DNA of 64,000 nucleotides from Eledone cirrhosa (Eukaryota): NCBI GenBank assembly GCA_964016885.1, contig OZ024766.1, positions 2,666,001 to 2,730,000 of the forward strand, read 5' to 3'. Shown piece by piece: positions 13,076 to 26,070 of this stretch (position 1 is its first letter; each line of letters starts with the position of its first letter). The notes under the pieces were generated by a model. It saw only the letters and a program-made list of their open reading frames with translations, ran no database searches and was not told where the DNA came from. The position numbers and the translations under genes were made by a program.

Positions 13076-13449
13076 CATATATATATATATACATATATAC
13101 ACATACATACATATATATATATATACACACATATATATATATATATACTGTATATAATCATACATACATTCACATGTATGTATGATTATATACAGAAATA
13201 TATACAAAACAAACTGACACACCTCCTCCAAATCAAACTCCTTTGTCATAGAAACATTTAGTGTATGTATATGGTATTTATAGTAAAGCAGCAATTAGAC
13301 AGAGTCATTAGGGTGCTGAATTAAAAGTACCTCAATGTTTTGTCTGTTTCCTTGGATCTCCAAGTTCAAATCCCACCATGGGTGACTTTTATTTTTCATC
13401 CTTTCAACATCAATAAATAAAATACCAGTCACATACTGGGGTTGATTCT

Positions 13450-13701
13450 TACTCTTTCTCTCTTCCTTCCTTTTTGTCTCTCTCTCTCTCTCTCTCCCCG
13501 TCTCTTTTTCTCCCTACCTTTTTCTTTCTCTTTCTGCATCACTCTCTCACCCTCACTTCTCTCTCTCTCTTCTCTCTCTCTCTCTCTCTCTTCTCCCCCC
13601 CCCCTATCTCTCTCATTCTCCTCCTTCTCTCTCTTCTTCTCTCTCTCTCTCTTTCTCTCCCTACCTTTTTATTTCTCTTTCTGCATCACTCTCTCACCCT
13701 C

Positions 13702-13758
<57 letters not shown>

Positions 13759-13845
13759 TCTCCCCTCCCCTCTCTCTCTCTATCTTTCCCTCTCTCCCTC
13801 ACCTCTCTTTCCCTTTTTTTTGCCCCCCCCCCCACTCTCTCTCAT
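13450..13845. repeat. (CT)n polypyrimidine tract with an internal duplication
   Basis: Direct reading. Confidence 0.9.
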
Positions 13846-14523
13846 ATAAACCCATTCTCCACCCCTGCACTCTCTGGAAGAAATTGTCTCTGTTCAAACC
13901 GGGAGAGGAATGGCTCCACCAGGGTTTAAATGTGTAACATATGCTTTGCGTCACGATGGCGTCCCTAAGACTCCAGCAACAGTTAAGCACCCGTTAAACT
14001 TTTTTTTCTTCCATATTACATTAATAACAAACCACTAAACACCTGCTATACACTGAAAATAACAATAAAGAAAGAGAGAAGTGTTTATATTTAGAGAAGA
14101 ATATATACCCTGTAGTGTGTATATTGTGTTTATAACAATGCACTGGTATTTTTGACTTAGCACACAAACACAGAGTACCACCTTTGCAGACAAGGTTGTA
14201 CACTACAACCGTATATATATATGTATATATATATATATATATATATGTATATGTGTGTATATATATATATGTATATGTGTGTATATATATATATATGTAT
14301 ATGTGTGTATATATATATATGTATATGTGTGTGTATATATATATGTATATGTGTGTATATATATATATGTATATGTGTGTATATATATATATATGTATAT
14401 GTGTGTATATATATATATATGTATATGTGTGTATATATATATATGTATATGTGTGTGTATATATATATATGTATATGTGTGTATATATATATATATATGT
14501 ATATGTGTGTATATATATATATA

Positions 14524-14581
<58 letters not shown>

Positions 14582-14625
14582 ATTTAATTCCCTTTATACA
14601 ATAGTTATGGCAGTTGTGGTATTAT

Positions 14626-14671
<46 letters not shown>

Positions 14672-14746
14672 GTGTGTGTGTATATATATATACATTTATA
14701 TATATGTATATATATATATATACATTTATATATATGTATATCTATG

Positions 14747-14790
<44 letters not shown>

Positions 14791-14891
14791 CACACATATA
14801 TATATATATATATTTGTGTGTCTGTATATATATATATATATACATTTATATATATGTATATATATATACATTTATATTATTGTATATATAC

Positions 14892-15002
<111 letters not shown>

Positions 15003-15098
15003 AAGTAGATGCTGTATCAACAACAATAATAAAGAATTGCAAAAGCTGACTAAAACACTAACAACTAATGTGTATATACATATATATATGTATATATG

Positions 15099-15144
<46 letters not shown>

Positions 15145-15160
15145 TATATGTATGTATTTG

Positions 15161-15214
<54 letters not shown>

Positions 15215-15298
15215 TATATATATATGTACATATATATATATGTACATATATATATATGTACATATATATATATGTACATATATATGTATATATATATG

Positions 15299-15331
<33 letters not shown>

Positions 15332-15378
15332 GTATATATATATGTATATATATGTATATATATATGTATATATATATG

Positions 15379-15460
<82 letters not shown>

Positions 15461-15807
15461 TGTATGAGTTTGTGGGACATCCACACTCATACCAACCCTA
15501 ACCTTACCCCCCTCCCCCGCTCCTCTTTATAAGAAGGGGAGGTAAGTGTGTGTGTGTTGGTCCGACGATGAGATGTGTTAGTTTTCAGACAGAAAAGATA
15601 TTATTCATTCTGAAAATATAAATAAGTAAAATTTCATTTTGGTAGATTCAGTGATTTAAATATATTTGCATAATTTTGTTGTGAGTTGTATACCTCTGAT
15701 AAAGTATTGTATTTATTTTGTACATATTGTTACATTCGGGAAGGGTCATGTTGTCTTGATATTGCCAAACATACTCTTGGGTCTCAATCAATAGGGTGGC
15801 AGTGTTG

Positions 15808-16395
15808 AAATATAAATATAATTTCTCAAAGCTTCTCAAAGTTCTTTCATCACACATTTTTCTGACATCTCCAGTGATTTCCTCTCCGTTGTCTTTCTAT
15901 AATGATTTTTTTTTTTTTTTTTTTTTTTTGTCACATGCTAGTGACATATATATATATATATATATATATACCCATATATAAACACATAAACACACACATC
16001 TACACATCTTCAAACATCTACACACAAGCATACAATAATCAGAATACACGCACAGAAACGTATGCCCAAAACAGAGACAACAACTAAAACAAAGCATTAT
16101 AGAAACAGAAGGGCGGTGAATTGGCAGTATCGGTGGAGGGTCGGACGTCCTGCTTTGACGCATAGAGTTACGGCCCTTGCCATTCTGAGTTCAAATCCCG
16201 CCGAGGTTAACTTTGCCTTTCATCCTTACGGGGTCGATAAAATAAAGTACCAGTAATGCACTGGGCTAATTGCTGGCCTTGTACCAATAGTAGAAACAAT
16301 TATAGAAACAGAACGGGAAGAAATCACTGAAGATGTCACAGAAAAATCTGTGTCAAAAGAACTTTGAGAAACTTTGAGAAATTATATTTATATTT
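15808..16395. mobile_element. Degenerate inverted-repeat element interrupted by a SINE
   Basis: 15808-15905 is an imperfect reverse complement of 16299-16395. Confidence 0.6.
16111..16298 (+). mobile_element. tRNA-derived SINE with a 15-bp target-site duplication
   Basis: B box GAGTTCAAATCC; ATTATAGAAACAGAA at 16096-16110 and 16299-16313; further 3' fragments at 16565-16710. Confidence 0.85.
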
Positions 16396-16826
16396 AAATA
16401 ATTTTGAAAACCAAACAATGCGTTAGGAAGAATATTAGATCACCAAGATAACAAAAGAATCTTACCTTAGCATATTTAATGATCCAAAATATTAAAAAAC
16501 CAATTATCAAGAGAGTAACCCTATGAGAGATTTAAAAAAATCAATCAGTGTTGACTTGCTTGTTTGATAAAGTAAAGTACCAGTAATACACTGGGATAAT
16601 TTGCTGGTCTTGTGCCTAAAGTAGAAACAGTTATTACAGGGTCGATAAAATAAAGTACCAGTAATACACTGGGATAATTGCTGGCCTTGTGCCTAAAATA
16701 GAAACAATTATTTTTGCAAACTTAGGACCACATAGCTCTCCTCATATATTGCAATATCTGTTTCAAAACATGGTTTCTTATAAAATAAACCTTGCATAAA
16801 AATATGTGTGTGTATATATATATATA

Positions 16827-17210
16827 GGCAGAATTCTAGGAGAAGGAAAACTCTGATATAACACCTACAACCCTGATGGTATCCAATGATATTGACTTGT
16901 TCTTCTTTTTGGTAAATATCATCTTGGTTAAGAGAGTGGGACTGGCTTTGTGCAGTGCCTTTGCTCACTATAAAAGCTTCACGGCACAGGCATTGCTTTA
17001 TATCTGGAGATCTCTCTGCACTTGTCATCACATGGTACCATGGGCCCACCACTATGTGTCAATAATTGTCACAAGTGTAGTCTTTGTACCAGAGTGTTCA
17101 AGTCACTGGCTGGACTGAAAAGTCACACTCGTTCAGCGCATCGGTAGGGGTTCTCCTACATGGATATAAAGTAGTGGCCGTACTCGAAAACGAGTTGGCA
17201 GCCACCATAT
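16827..17210 (+). mobile_element. Bipartite RTE-derived element
   Basis: Reverse complement of 4541-4920; CTAGGAGAAGGAAAACTCTGA through GCAGCCACCA(TA)n. Confidence 0.7.
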
Positions 17211-17346
17211 ATATATATATCTATATCCAAAATTAAGATAGATTAAAAGAATTCAATCAGAATCGAAATTGTGGGTGTCATTCCTTAATGGAATGCGCCA
17301 TATCGCCCGGAAAATAAGCTCTAGGACTTTGTAGGTACGAGCATTT

Positions 17347-17774
17347 TATAATAACTAGGAATTGATCAACATATATATAAATAAATATAAACATGAAAAA
17401 TCACAGGAGATAATTTTTACAAGCATGTAACCACGCATGGCTAGTAGGTAACAAGTAAATAAAGTTAACTAGAACTTCAAAAATATATACCTTTTAATGA
17501 TTAATCTTCCCTGTATATAGTTCATTAAAGAAATATATTTCATCAATTAATCAGATGGTAAGTCACGGAAAGTGGATATTAGTGGATATTATTGGATTAT
17601 CAACAAGGAAGAATAATATCAAGCGATCCATGTTTACACTTCGAGTCAAAATCTTAAACTGGCCGCTACCACGTGTTGATATTATACATCATAGCGGCTT
17701 TGTAAAAATTATCTCCTGTGATTTTTCATGTTTATATTTATTTATATATATGTTGATCAATTCCTAGTTATTAT
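17347..17774. mobile_element. MITE-like element with ~75-bp terminal inverted repeats
   Basis: ATAATAACTAGGAATTGATCAAC...ATAATTTTTACAA at the left end and its reverse complement at 17700-17774. Confidence 0.8.
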
Positions 17775-18454
17775 ATATATATATATAATTAATACAATAA
17801 CAGAGATAGTTTTAAGCTAATCTCTGACTGGTAACCATCTCACTCAACAAACATTAGGTTATATTTTAATATAAACCCAATTTAAGTGTTTGGGGTGCTA
17901 ACAATATGTATTATGTGGAAAAACCAGTTGTATTATTTTATGAGATATAATTAAAGTTAAAATATATATATATGTTATTTGTGTCTATGTATATATATAT
18001 ATTATCTATGTACATATATATTGTTTGTGTGTATATATATATATACTTATTAATAAAACTTTTAATATACCATAATGGCGTTTAAAACTTTATATATAAA
18101 TGTGTGTGTCTGTGTGTCTGTATGTATGAGTGTGTGTGTGTGTATATCTGTGTATATATATATGTGTGTACGTATGTATGTATATGTGTGGCAACATAGA
18201 AATAATCGGGCTGGACACCCGATCACGCGGTTAAACCACTGGGAGTGAAGGACCCCTAGCCTTTGTCAGGGCATTCTTCTAGGAGAAGGCAACTCAGGAA
18301 ACTGGCATAACTCAGTAGTTACCGATGATGTTGATCTTTTCTTCTTTTCGGGTTATAGCTACTGTCTCTCAGAGAGTGGGATTGGCTCAGTGCACAGTCT
18401 TTCCTCACTTTTAAAAATATCTTCACGCTCAGGCATTGCACGATAGAATTAATT

Positions 18455-18865
18455 AATGATTTTAAAGTGTTTATATTTATCTAAAAACCTTCCGTCATAA
18501 TTTTATGTAAGAACCTTTGTTAAGTTATGTTCCAAACACCCCTGGTTCTATGATACACAACTGTTTGTTTTAAAATGTTTAAATTTATCTAAAAACCTTC
18601 CATCATAATTTTATGTAAGAACCTTTGTTAAGTTATGTTCCAAACAGCTCTGCTTCTATGATACAAAACTGTTTTAAAATGTTTAAATTTATCTAAAAAC
18701 CTTCCATCATAATTTTATGTAAGAACCTCTGTTAAGTTATGTTCCAAACAGCCCAAGTTATGTTCCAAGCACCCCTGCTTCTATGATACAAAACTGTTTT
18801 AAATTTGTCTAAAAACCTTCCATCATAATTTTATGTAAGAACCTTTGTTAAGTTATGTTCCAAAA
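18455..18865 (+). repeat. ~115-bp tandem repeat, about 4 copies
   Basis: TCTAAAAACCTTCCATCATAATTTTATGTAAGAACC recurs near 18480, 18588, 18693 and 18808. Confidence 0.85.
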
Positions 18866-19044
18866 TTCAACTTAGTAATGAGGAAGTTAGTTCTATTGTT
18901 AAATCACTCCATATTCTTGATTATTTTGAAAAATACTTTTGATAATCATGGAGGATGTTGTTTTCCATTGGAAATATGAGATGGATAGGGTTAAAGTGTC
19001 CGCATTGATTCCTATTCATTAACAATTTAGTTGACAGAAGCAAT

Positions 19045-19655
19045 CATACCCCACCACCACCACCACCAGCCTCACTGTCGATACCAGCTCTCGAGGTAGT
19101 ATGGTGGTGGTGGTGGTGGTGGTGTGGTGTGGTGTTAGTGGTGGTGGTGTGTAGTGATGGTGGTGGTGGTGTTAGTGGTGGTAGTGGTGGTGGTGGTTGT
19201 GGCGGTGTGTGGGTGGTAGTAGTGGTGTCGGTGGTGGTGGTAGTAGTAGTAGTGGTGGTAGTGGTAGTGATGGTGGTGGTTGTGGCAGTGGTGGTGGTGG
19301 TAGTAGTAGTGACGGTAGTGGTAGTGACGGTAGTGGTGGTGGTGGTGGTAGTAGTAGTAGTGACGGTAGTGGTGGTAGTGGTAGTGGTGGTGGTAGTAGT
19401 AGTAGTGACGGTAGTGGTAGTGACGGTAGTGGTGGTGGTGGTGGTAGTAGTTGTGGCGGTGTGTGGGTGGAGGGGAGGTAAAACAATCACAGCCATTAGG
19501 CAAGAATCGTCATTGGTATTCACTGAGGTATGACAACTGCAGCAGGTGGTACAACCTCCACCAATACCACCACCACCACCACCAATACCACCCCCACCCC
19601 CACAGTCAATACCACCACCACCACCACCACCACAACCCACATGCCATCACCATCA
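19045..19655. repeat. (GGT)n/(ACC)n microsatellite
   Basis: Direct reading; similar tracts at 20965-21570 and 26865-27045. Confidence 0.9.
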
Positions 19656-19730
19656 ACACACCAATTCTGAAATTTGGTGTATTCATAATTTATTAATTTC
19701 TCTCTCTCTATATTTATATATATATAAATA

Positions 19731-19990
19731 TCATCATCATCATCGTTTAACGTCCATCTTCCACCCTAGCATGGGTTTGGACGGGAGTTTTCCCACTTGA
19801 GGCAAGATTGGTTGTTCTGCTCGTACAGGACTGTCTGGCGGGTTTTCTACGGCTGGATGCCCTTCCTAACACCAACCACGTTTACAGTGTGGACTGGGAG
19901 GTTTTTACCGTGTTACCTACACGGCCACATTACAGTGTGGATTGACATCTAAATGACCTCATTTGCTTCGGGCTGGATGTTGTGGTACCA
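19731..19990 (-). mobile_element. SINE-like element, family B
   Basis: Matches 9831-10360. Confidence 0.75.
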
Positions 19991-20026
19991 ACATATATGT
20001 ATGTGTGTATATATATATATGTGGTA

Positions 20027-20524
<498 letters not shown>

Positions 20525-20597
20525 TATGTGTATATATGTATATATATATATATACATTATAGTGTCCTCATTGATTCCTATTCATTAGCAATTTTGC

Positions 20598-20767
20598 ATA
20601 ACGCACCAGAGTACTCAATACTTAGGGTAGTAGAGTGAGAAATAGGAAAATGTTCAAGACCCCCGACGGCAGAGCTCAAGCTGTTTGGACGGCTAATTCT
20701 GGACAGAGTCCAGAAATAGCCGTCAAAACGGCTTGAGCTCTGCCGTCGGGGTTAAACATTTTTCTAT
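20598..20767. mobile_element. Fold-back element (family of 12860-13020)
   Basis: ACCCCCGACGGCAGAGCTCAAG...CTTGAGCTCTGCCGTCGGGGT. Confidence 0.75.
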
Positions 20768-20784
20768 ATATATGTATATATATC

Positions 20785-20823
<39 letters not shown>

Positions 20824-21702
20824 ACAGCCGTACAACAGCAGGTGTATCCCTGCACCAGTAGATCTGCACAAATTAAGTGCATGTCAAGAGACGTCTGTCG
20901 GTCAGCTCTAAATGTGCAGCAATGCACATCATTGACAACATGCAACATCTGCTTTGATTTACTATGGTGTTGGTGGTGGTGGTGGTGGTGGTGGTGGTGG
21001 TAGTGGTAGTGGTGGAGTTGGTGGTGGTGGTTGTAGTAGTAGTGTTCGTGGTGGTGTGGTAGTGTGGTAGTGGTGGTGGTGGAGTTGGTGGCGGTGGTGT
21101 TGTTCGTTGCGGTGGTGGTTTTGGTGGTGGTGGTGGTGGTGGTGGTGGTGGTGGTGGTGGTGGTGTTGTTGTTGTTGTTGTTGTTGTTGTTGCATCAAAA
21201 CCATTTGCACACCACCACCACCACCACATCAACACCACTACCACTACCACTATTACACCATCACCACCAACACCACATCAACACCACCACCACCACCACC
21301 ACTACTACGTCACCACCACCAACACCACATCAACACCACCACAACCACCACTACTACACCACCACCACCACCACATCACCACCACCACCACACCACCACA
21401 TCAACACCACCACTACACCACCACCACCAAAACCCACCCACCTCATCAACCACCACCACCTTCACCACCACCCCATCCACCACCACCACCACCACCCCAT
21501 CCACCACCACCACCACCACCCCATCCACCACCACCACCACCACCCCATCCACCACCACCAACACTAACAGCTGTTGTCGTTGCAATGGTATTAGTACTGT
21601 GATTGCAAAGTTGCATTTTATGAAATCTTTGTGGTGCAGTTTGCTGCAACATTACACCGTGAGCTGTCCTGGTGCATTGTAGCATCGCACTAGCAGTATT
21701 TT

Positions 21703-21965
21703 AGTGGTTTTTACAGCTCTGCAGTAGATTGCAGTTGAGATCCAGCGGGTTTTTACAGATCTGCAGTAGATTGCAGTTGAGATCCAGCGGGTTTTTACAG
21801 ATCTGCAGTAGATTGCAGTTGAGATCCAGCGGGTTTTTACAGATCTGCAGTAGATTGCAGTTGAGATCCAGCGGGTTTTTACAGATCTGCAGTACATTGC
21901 AGTTGAGATCCAGTGGCTTTTTACAGATCTGCAGTACATTGCAGTTGAGATCCAGTGGTTTTCAG
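21703..21965 (+). repeat. 42-bp minisatellite, about 6 copies
   Basis: Unit CTGCAGTAGATTGCAGTTGAGATCCAGCGGGTTTTTACAGAT. Confidence 0.92.
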
Positions 21966-22072
21966 AGTGGTGTTCTCCAGCAGTGTTCCAGTAGTATTCC
22001 AGCAGCAGTGTTCCAGCAGTGTTCCAGCAGTGTAGCAGCAGTGTAGCAGCAGTATTCTCCCGCACCAAAGCA

Positions 22073-22154
22073 ATGAAGTTAAAAGTTGTTATGGTTTTGA
22101 TGCTGCTGTTGTTGTTGTTGTTGTCGCTCGAATTGTTTACCACAAGCGTTGTCA
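22073..22154 (+). CDS. Defensin-like peptide, exon 1 (signal peptide)
   Basis: GCAATG start; MKLKVVMVLMLLLLLLLSLELFTTSVV then A|GTAAGT, a phase-1 donor. Confidence 0.8.
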
Positions 22155-22167
22155 GTAAGTAATATTA

Positions 22168-22570
22168 TGTTGTTGTTACTGTTGTTGTGGTTGTTGTTGT
22201 TACTGTTGTTGTTGTTGTTACTGTTGTTGTTACTGTTGTTGTTGTGGTTGTTGTTGTTGTGGTTGTTGTTACTGTCGTTACTGTTGTTGTTGCTGTTGTT
22301 GTTGTGGTTCTTGTTGTTACTGTGGTTGTTACTGTTGTTGTTGTGGTTGTTGTTGTGGTTCTTGTTGTTACTGTGGTTGTTACTGTTGTTGTTGTGGTTG
22401 TTGTTGTGGTTCTTGTTGTTACTGTGGTTGTTACTGTTGTTGTTACTGTTGTTGTTGTTGTTGTTGCTGCTGTTGTTGTTGTTACTGTTGTTGTTGTGGT
22501 TGTTGCTGTGGTTGTTGTCGTTGTTATTGCTGTTGTGGTAGTAGCGGCCGTTGTAGTTGTTGTAGTTGTA
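22168..22570. repeat. (GTT)n microsatellite
   Basis: Direct reading. Confidence 0.95.
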
Positions 22571-22726
22571 GCTGGGGTGATGGATACCCTCTTTAAATAT
22601 ATCAGCTTCAGCCTGGGCCCGTGGGGAGGTGGCCCTTCAGTATAGCGCCAGAGATCTCAGTCCTTATCTCATAGTACAGAGTTAAAACAAAAAGTTAGTA
22701 CAATTATAGACTAAATTATTAGAATA

Positions 22727-24923
22727 TTAACTGTGCAGCATGTAAACCAGCCGTATCCAGCCAGAATTCTCTCACCTCTTTCTGCTCAAACCGGCCGTAA
22801 TTGTCTTCTCATACTGATGTTAAGGTAGACTTCTCAAAATAAATAATAACAAAATCTTGTGGAATCGATATTATGTGAGGTAAAGCCTTTACTGTGAAAA
22901 TACAATAGTATATATAGAGTAATGTAAATGTTATGTGAGGTATTATGTGAGGTAAAGTCTTTACTGTGAAAATACAATAGTATATATAGAGTAATGTAAA
23001 TGTTATGTGAGGTATTATGTGAGGTAAAGCCTTTACTGTGACAATACAATAGTATATATAGAGTAATGTAAATGTTATGTGAGATATTATGTGAGGTAAA
23101 GCCTTTACTGTGAAAATACAATAGTATATATAGAGTAATGTAAATGTTATGTGAGATATTATGTGAGGTAAAGCCTTTACTGTGACAATACAATAGTATA
23201 TATAGAGTAATGTAAATGTTATGTGAGGTATTATGTGAGGTAAAGCCTTTACTGTGACAATACAATAGTATATATAGAGTAATGTAAATGTTATGTGAGA
23301 TATTATGTGAGGTAAAGCCTTTACTGTGAAAATACAATAGTATATATAGAGTAATGTAAATGTTATGTGAGATATTATGTGAGGTAAAGCCTTTACTGTG
23401 ACAATACAATAGTATATATAGAGTAATGTAAATGTTATGTGAGGTATTATGTGAGGTAAAGCCTTTACTGTGACAATACAATAGTATATATAGAGTAATG
23501 TAAATGTTATGTGAGATATTATGTGAGGTAAAGCCTTTACTGTGAAAATACAATAGTATATATAGAGTAATGTAAATGTTATGTGAGATATTATGTGAGG
23601 TAAAGCCTTTACTGTGACAATACAATAGTATATATAGAGTAATGTAAATGTTATGTGAGGTATTATGTGAGGTAAAGCCTTTACTGTGACAATACAATAG
23701 TATATATAGAGTAATGTAAATGTTATGTAAGGTATTATGTGAGGTAAAGCCTTTACTGTGACAATACAATAGTATATATAGAGTAATGTAAATGTTATGT
23801 GAGATATTATGTGAGGTAAAGCCTTTACTGTGACAATACAATAGTATATATAGAGTAATGTAAATGTTATGTGAGATATTATGTGAGGTAAAGCCTTTAC
23901 TGTGAAAATACAATAGTATATATAGAGTAATGTAAATGTTATGTGAGATATTATGTGAGGTAAAGCCTTTACTGTGACAATACAATAGTATATATAGAGT
24001 AATGTAAATGTTATGTGAGATATTATGTGAGGTAAAGCCTTTACTGTGAAAATACAATAGTATATATAGAGTAATGTAAATGTTATGTGAGATAGTATGT
24101 GAGGTAAAGCCTTTACTGTGAAAATACAATAGTATATATAGAGTAATGTAAATGCTATGTGAGTTATTATGTGAGGTAAAGCTTTACTGTGACAATACAA
24201 TAGTATATATAGAGTAATGTAAATGTTATGTGAGATATTATGTGAGGTAAAGCCTTTACTGTGAAAATACAATAGTATATATAGAGTAATGTAAATGTTA
24301 TGTGAGGTATTATGTGAGGTAAAGCCTTTACTGTGAAAATACAATAGTATATATAGAGTAATGTAAATGTTATGTGAGATATTATGTGAGGTAAAGCCTT
24401 TACTGTGACAATACAATAGTATATATAGAGTAAAGTAAATGTTATGTGAGATATTATGTGAGGTAAAGCCTTTACTGTGACAATACAATAGTATATATAG
24501 AGTAATGTAAATGTTATGTGAGGTATTATGTGAGGTAAAGCCTTTACTGTGACAATACAATAGTATATATAGAGTAATGTAAATGTTATGTGAGATATTA
24601 TGTGAGGTAAAGCCTTTACTGTGACAATACAATAGTATATATAGAGTAATGTAAATGTTATGTGAGGTATTATGTGAGGTAAAGCCTTTACTGTGACAAT
24701 ACAATAGTATATATAGAGTAAAGTAAATGTTATGTGAGATATTATGTGAGGTAAAGCCTTTACTGTGAACATACAATAGTATATATAGAGTAATGTAAAT
24801 GTTATGTGAGATATTATGTGAGGTAAAGCCTTTACTGTGAAAATACAATAGTATATATAGAGTAATGTAAATGTTATGTGAGATATTATGTGAGGTAAAG
24901 CCTTTACTGTGACAATACAATAG

Positions 24924-24930
<7 letters not shown>
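22727..24930 (-). mobile_element. Degenerate piggyBac-type non-autonomous element carrying a 72-bp satellite (about 28 units)
   Basis: 22727-22870 is a diverged reverse complement of 35850-35991; the array at 22870-24925 is the reverse complement of 34080-35810. Confidence 0.8.
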
Positions 24931-24998
<68 letters not shown>

Positions 24999-25056
24999 GT
25001 ACATACACATATATATATATATACGTTTTTTTTTTGCTATCTTTCTTCTCCACCAG

Positions 25057-25259
25057 GTGGCCAGGTCATCCTTGGATGTCCAGAATCACATGATGAATGC
25101 AACCTCCGCTGTATTGATGACAGTTGTCAGAATGGCGAATGTCAGATCTTCCATAATGTTGGAAATGAAGGCGTCAGTGATGGTACAGCCTACAATATCT
25201 GCGCATGTAAAGGATGCTGGGCCAACCTCACCGACAAAATCATACGATTCATGAATTGA
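25057..25259 (+). CDS. Defensin-like (CS-alpha-beta, 8-Cys) peptide, exon 2 (mature region)
   Basis: Polypyrimidine tract and CACCAG|GT GGC CAG; (S)[66 protein letters not shown]. Spacing C-X6-C-X3-C-X4-C-X4-C-X19-C-X-C-X2-C. Confidence 0.85.
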
Positions 25260-25506
25260 CCAATCGCTGCCACCGACCGACCGACCGACCGACCAACCAC
25301 CACCGCTGTTGGCAAGACTGTCAAATAGTAGACCCTCACAGTACTTTGACATTGCTTGACGGTAATTGACAGCAGCTTCACGGTATTTGACAGGACATAG
25401 TTGTAAATGACAATATTTGACTGTATATTCAGGGCTGGATTTAGATCTTGTGGATGTCCGGGGTATTTCAGGTTTTTTGGGGGTTTGCTTGTGCACAAAA
25501 CATTAG

Positions 25507-25512
25507 AATAAA
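25507..25512 (+). promoter_or_regulatory. Candidate polyadenylation signal of the defensin-like gene
   Basis: First AATAAA seen after the stop codon, about 250 bp downstream. Confidence 0.5.
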
Positions 25513-25739
25513 CAGCAACCCTTCCCCCTAGCCCTACATATCAAAGTTAGCTTGGCGCAAGTAATTGGAATTGAAAAGGTATAGATACAGGTATTAAATT
25601 AAAAGATTATAACCATCCTAAAACAAAATAGCACAGCAGAGGGCACAAATAAATTGCTACATTCATCGCTGGTCCCCACCACTGCATGGAGGCCGGGACA
25701 GTTGTCCCTTTTGCTTCTCCCCATTAAATTCGGCCCTGT

Positions 25740-26070
25740 GTATATGACTGTAATATAACAATATATGACGGAATTTGACGTTATATAACGGTATTTGACA
25801 TTATATCACGTTATTTGACGCCATATAACGTTATTTGACGGTATATAACGATATTTGACAATATATAACGATATTTGATGCTATATAACGATATTTGATG
25901 CTATATAACGATATTTGATGCTATATAACGATATTTGATGCTATATAACGATATTTGATGTTATATAATGGTATTTGACGGTATATAACAGTATTTGACG
26001 GTATATAACGATATTTGACGATATACAGTATAACGGTACTTGACGGTATATAACGGTATTTGATGATATT
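25740..26070 (+). repeat. 20-bp (2 x 10-bp) minisatellite
   Basis: ATATAACGATATTTGATGCT-type units; related 10-bp GACGGTATTT repeats at 26410-26790. Confidence 0.85.

Noticed and set aside
21620-21663. Alternative first exon MKSLWCSLLQHYT|GTGAG for the peptide gene
   Set aside because: Phase 0 is incompatible with exon 25057 and it is a poor signal peptide.
22809-25010. 733-aa ORF and the 599-aa ORF at 34099-35898
   Set aside because: Stop-free frames of a 72-bp satellite inside a transposon-like element; the first switches frame mid-array.
24997-25254. 85-aa ORF in the track
   Set aside because: Wrong frame; the splice-compatible frame gives the 8-Cys peptide.
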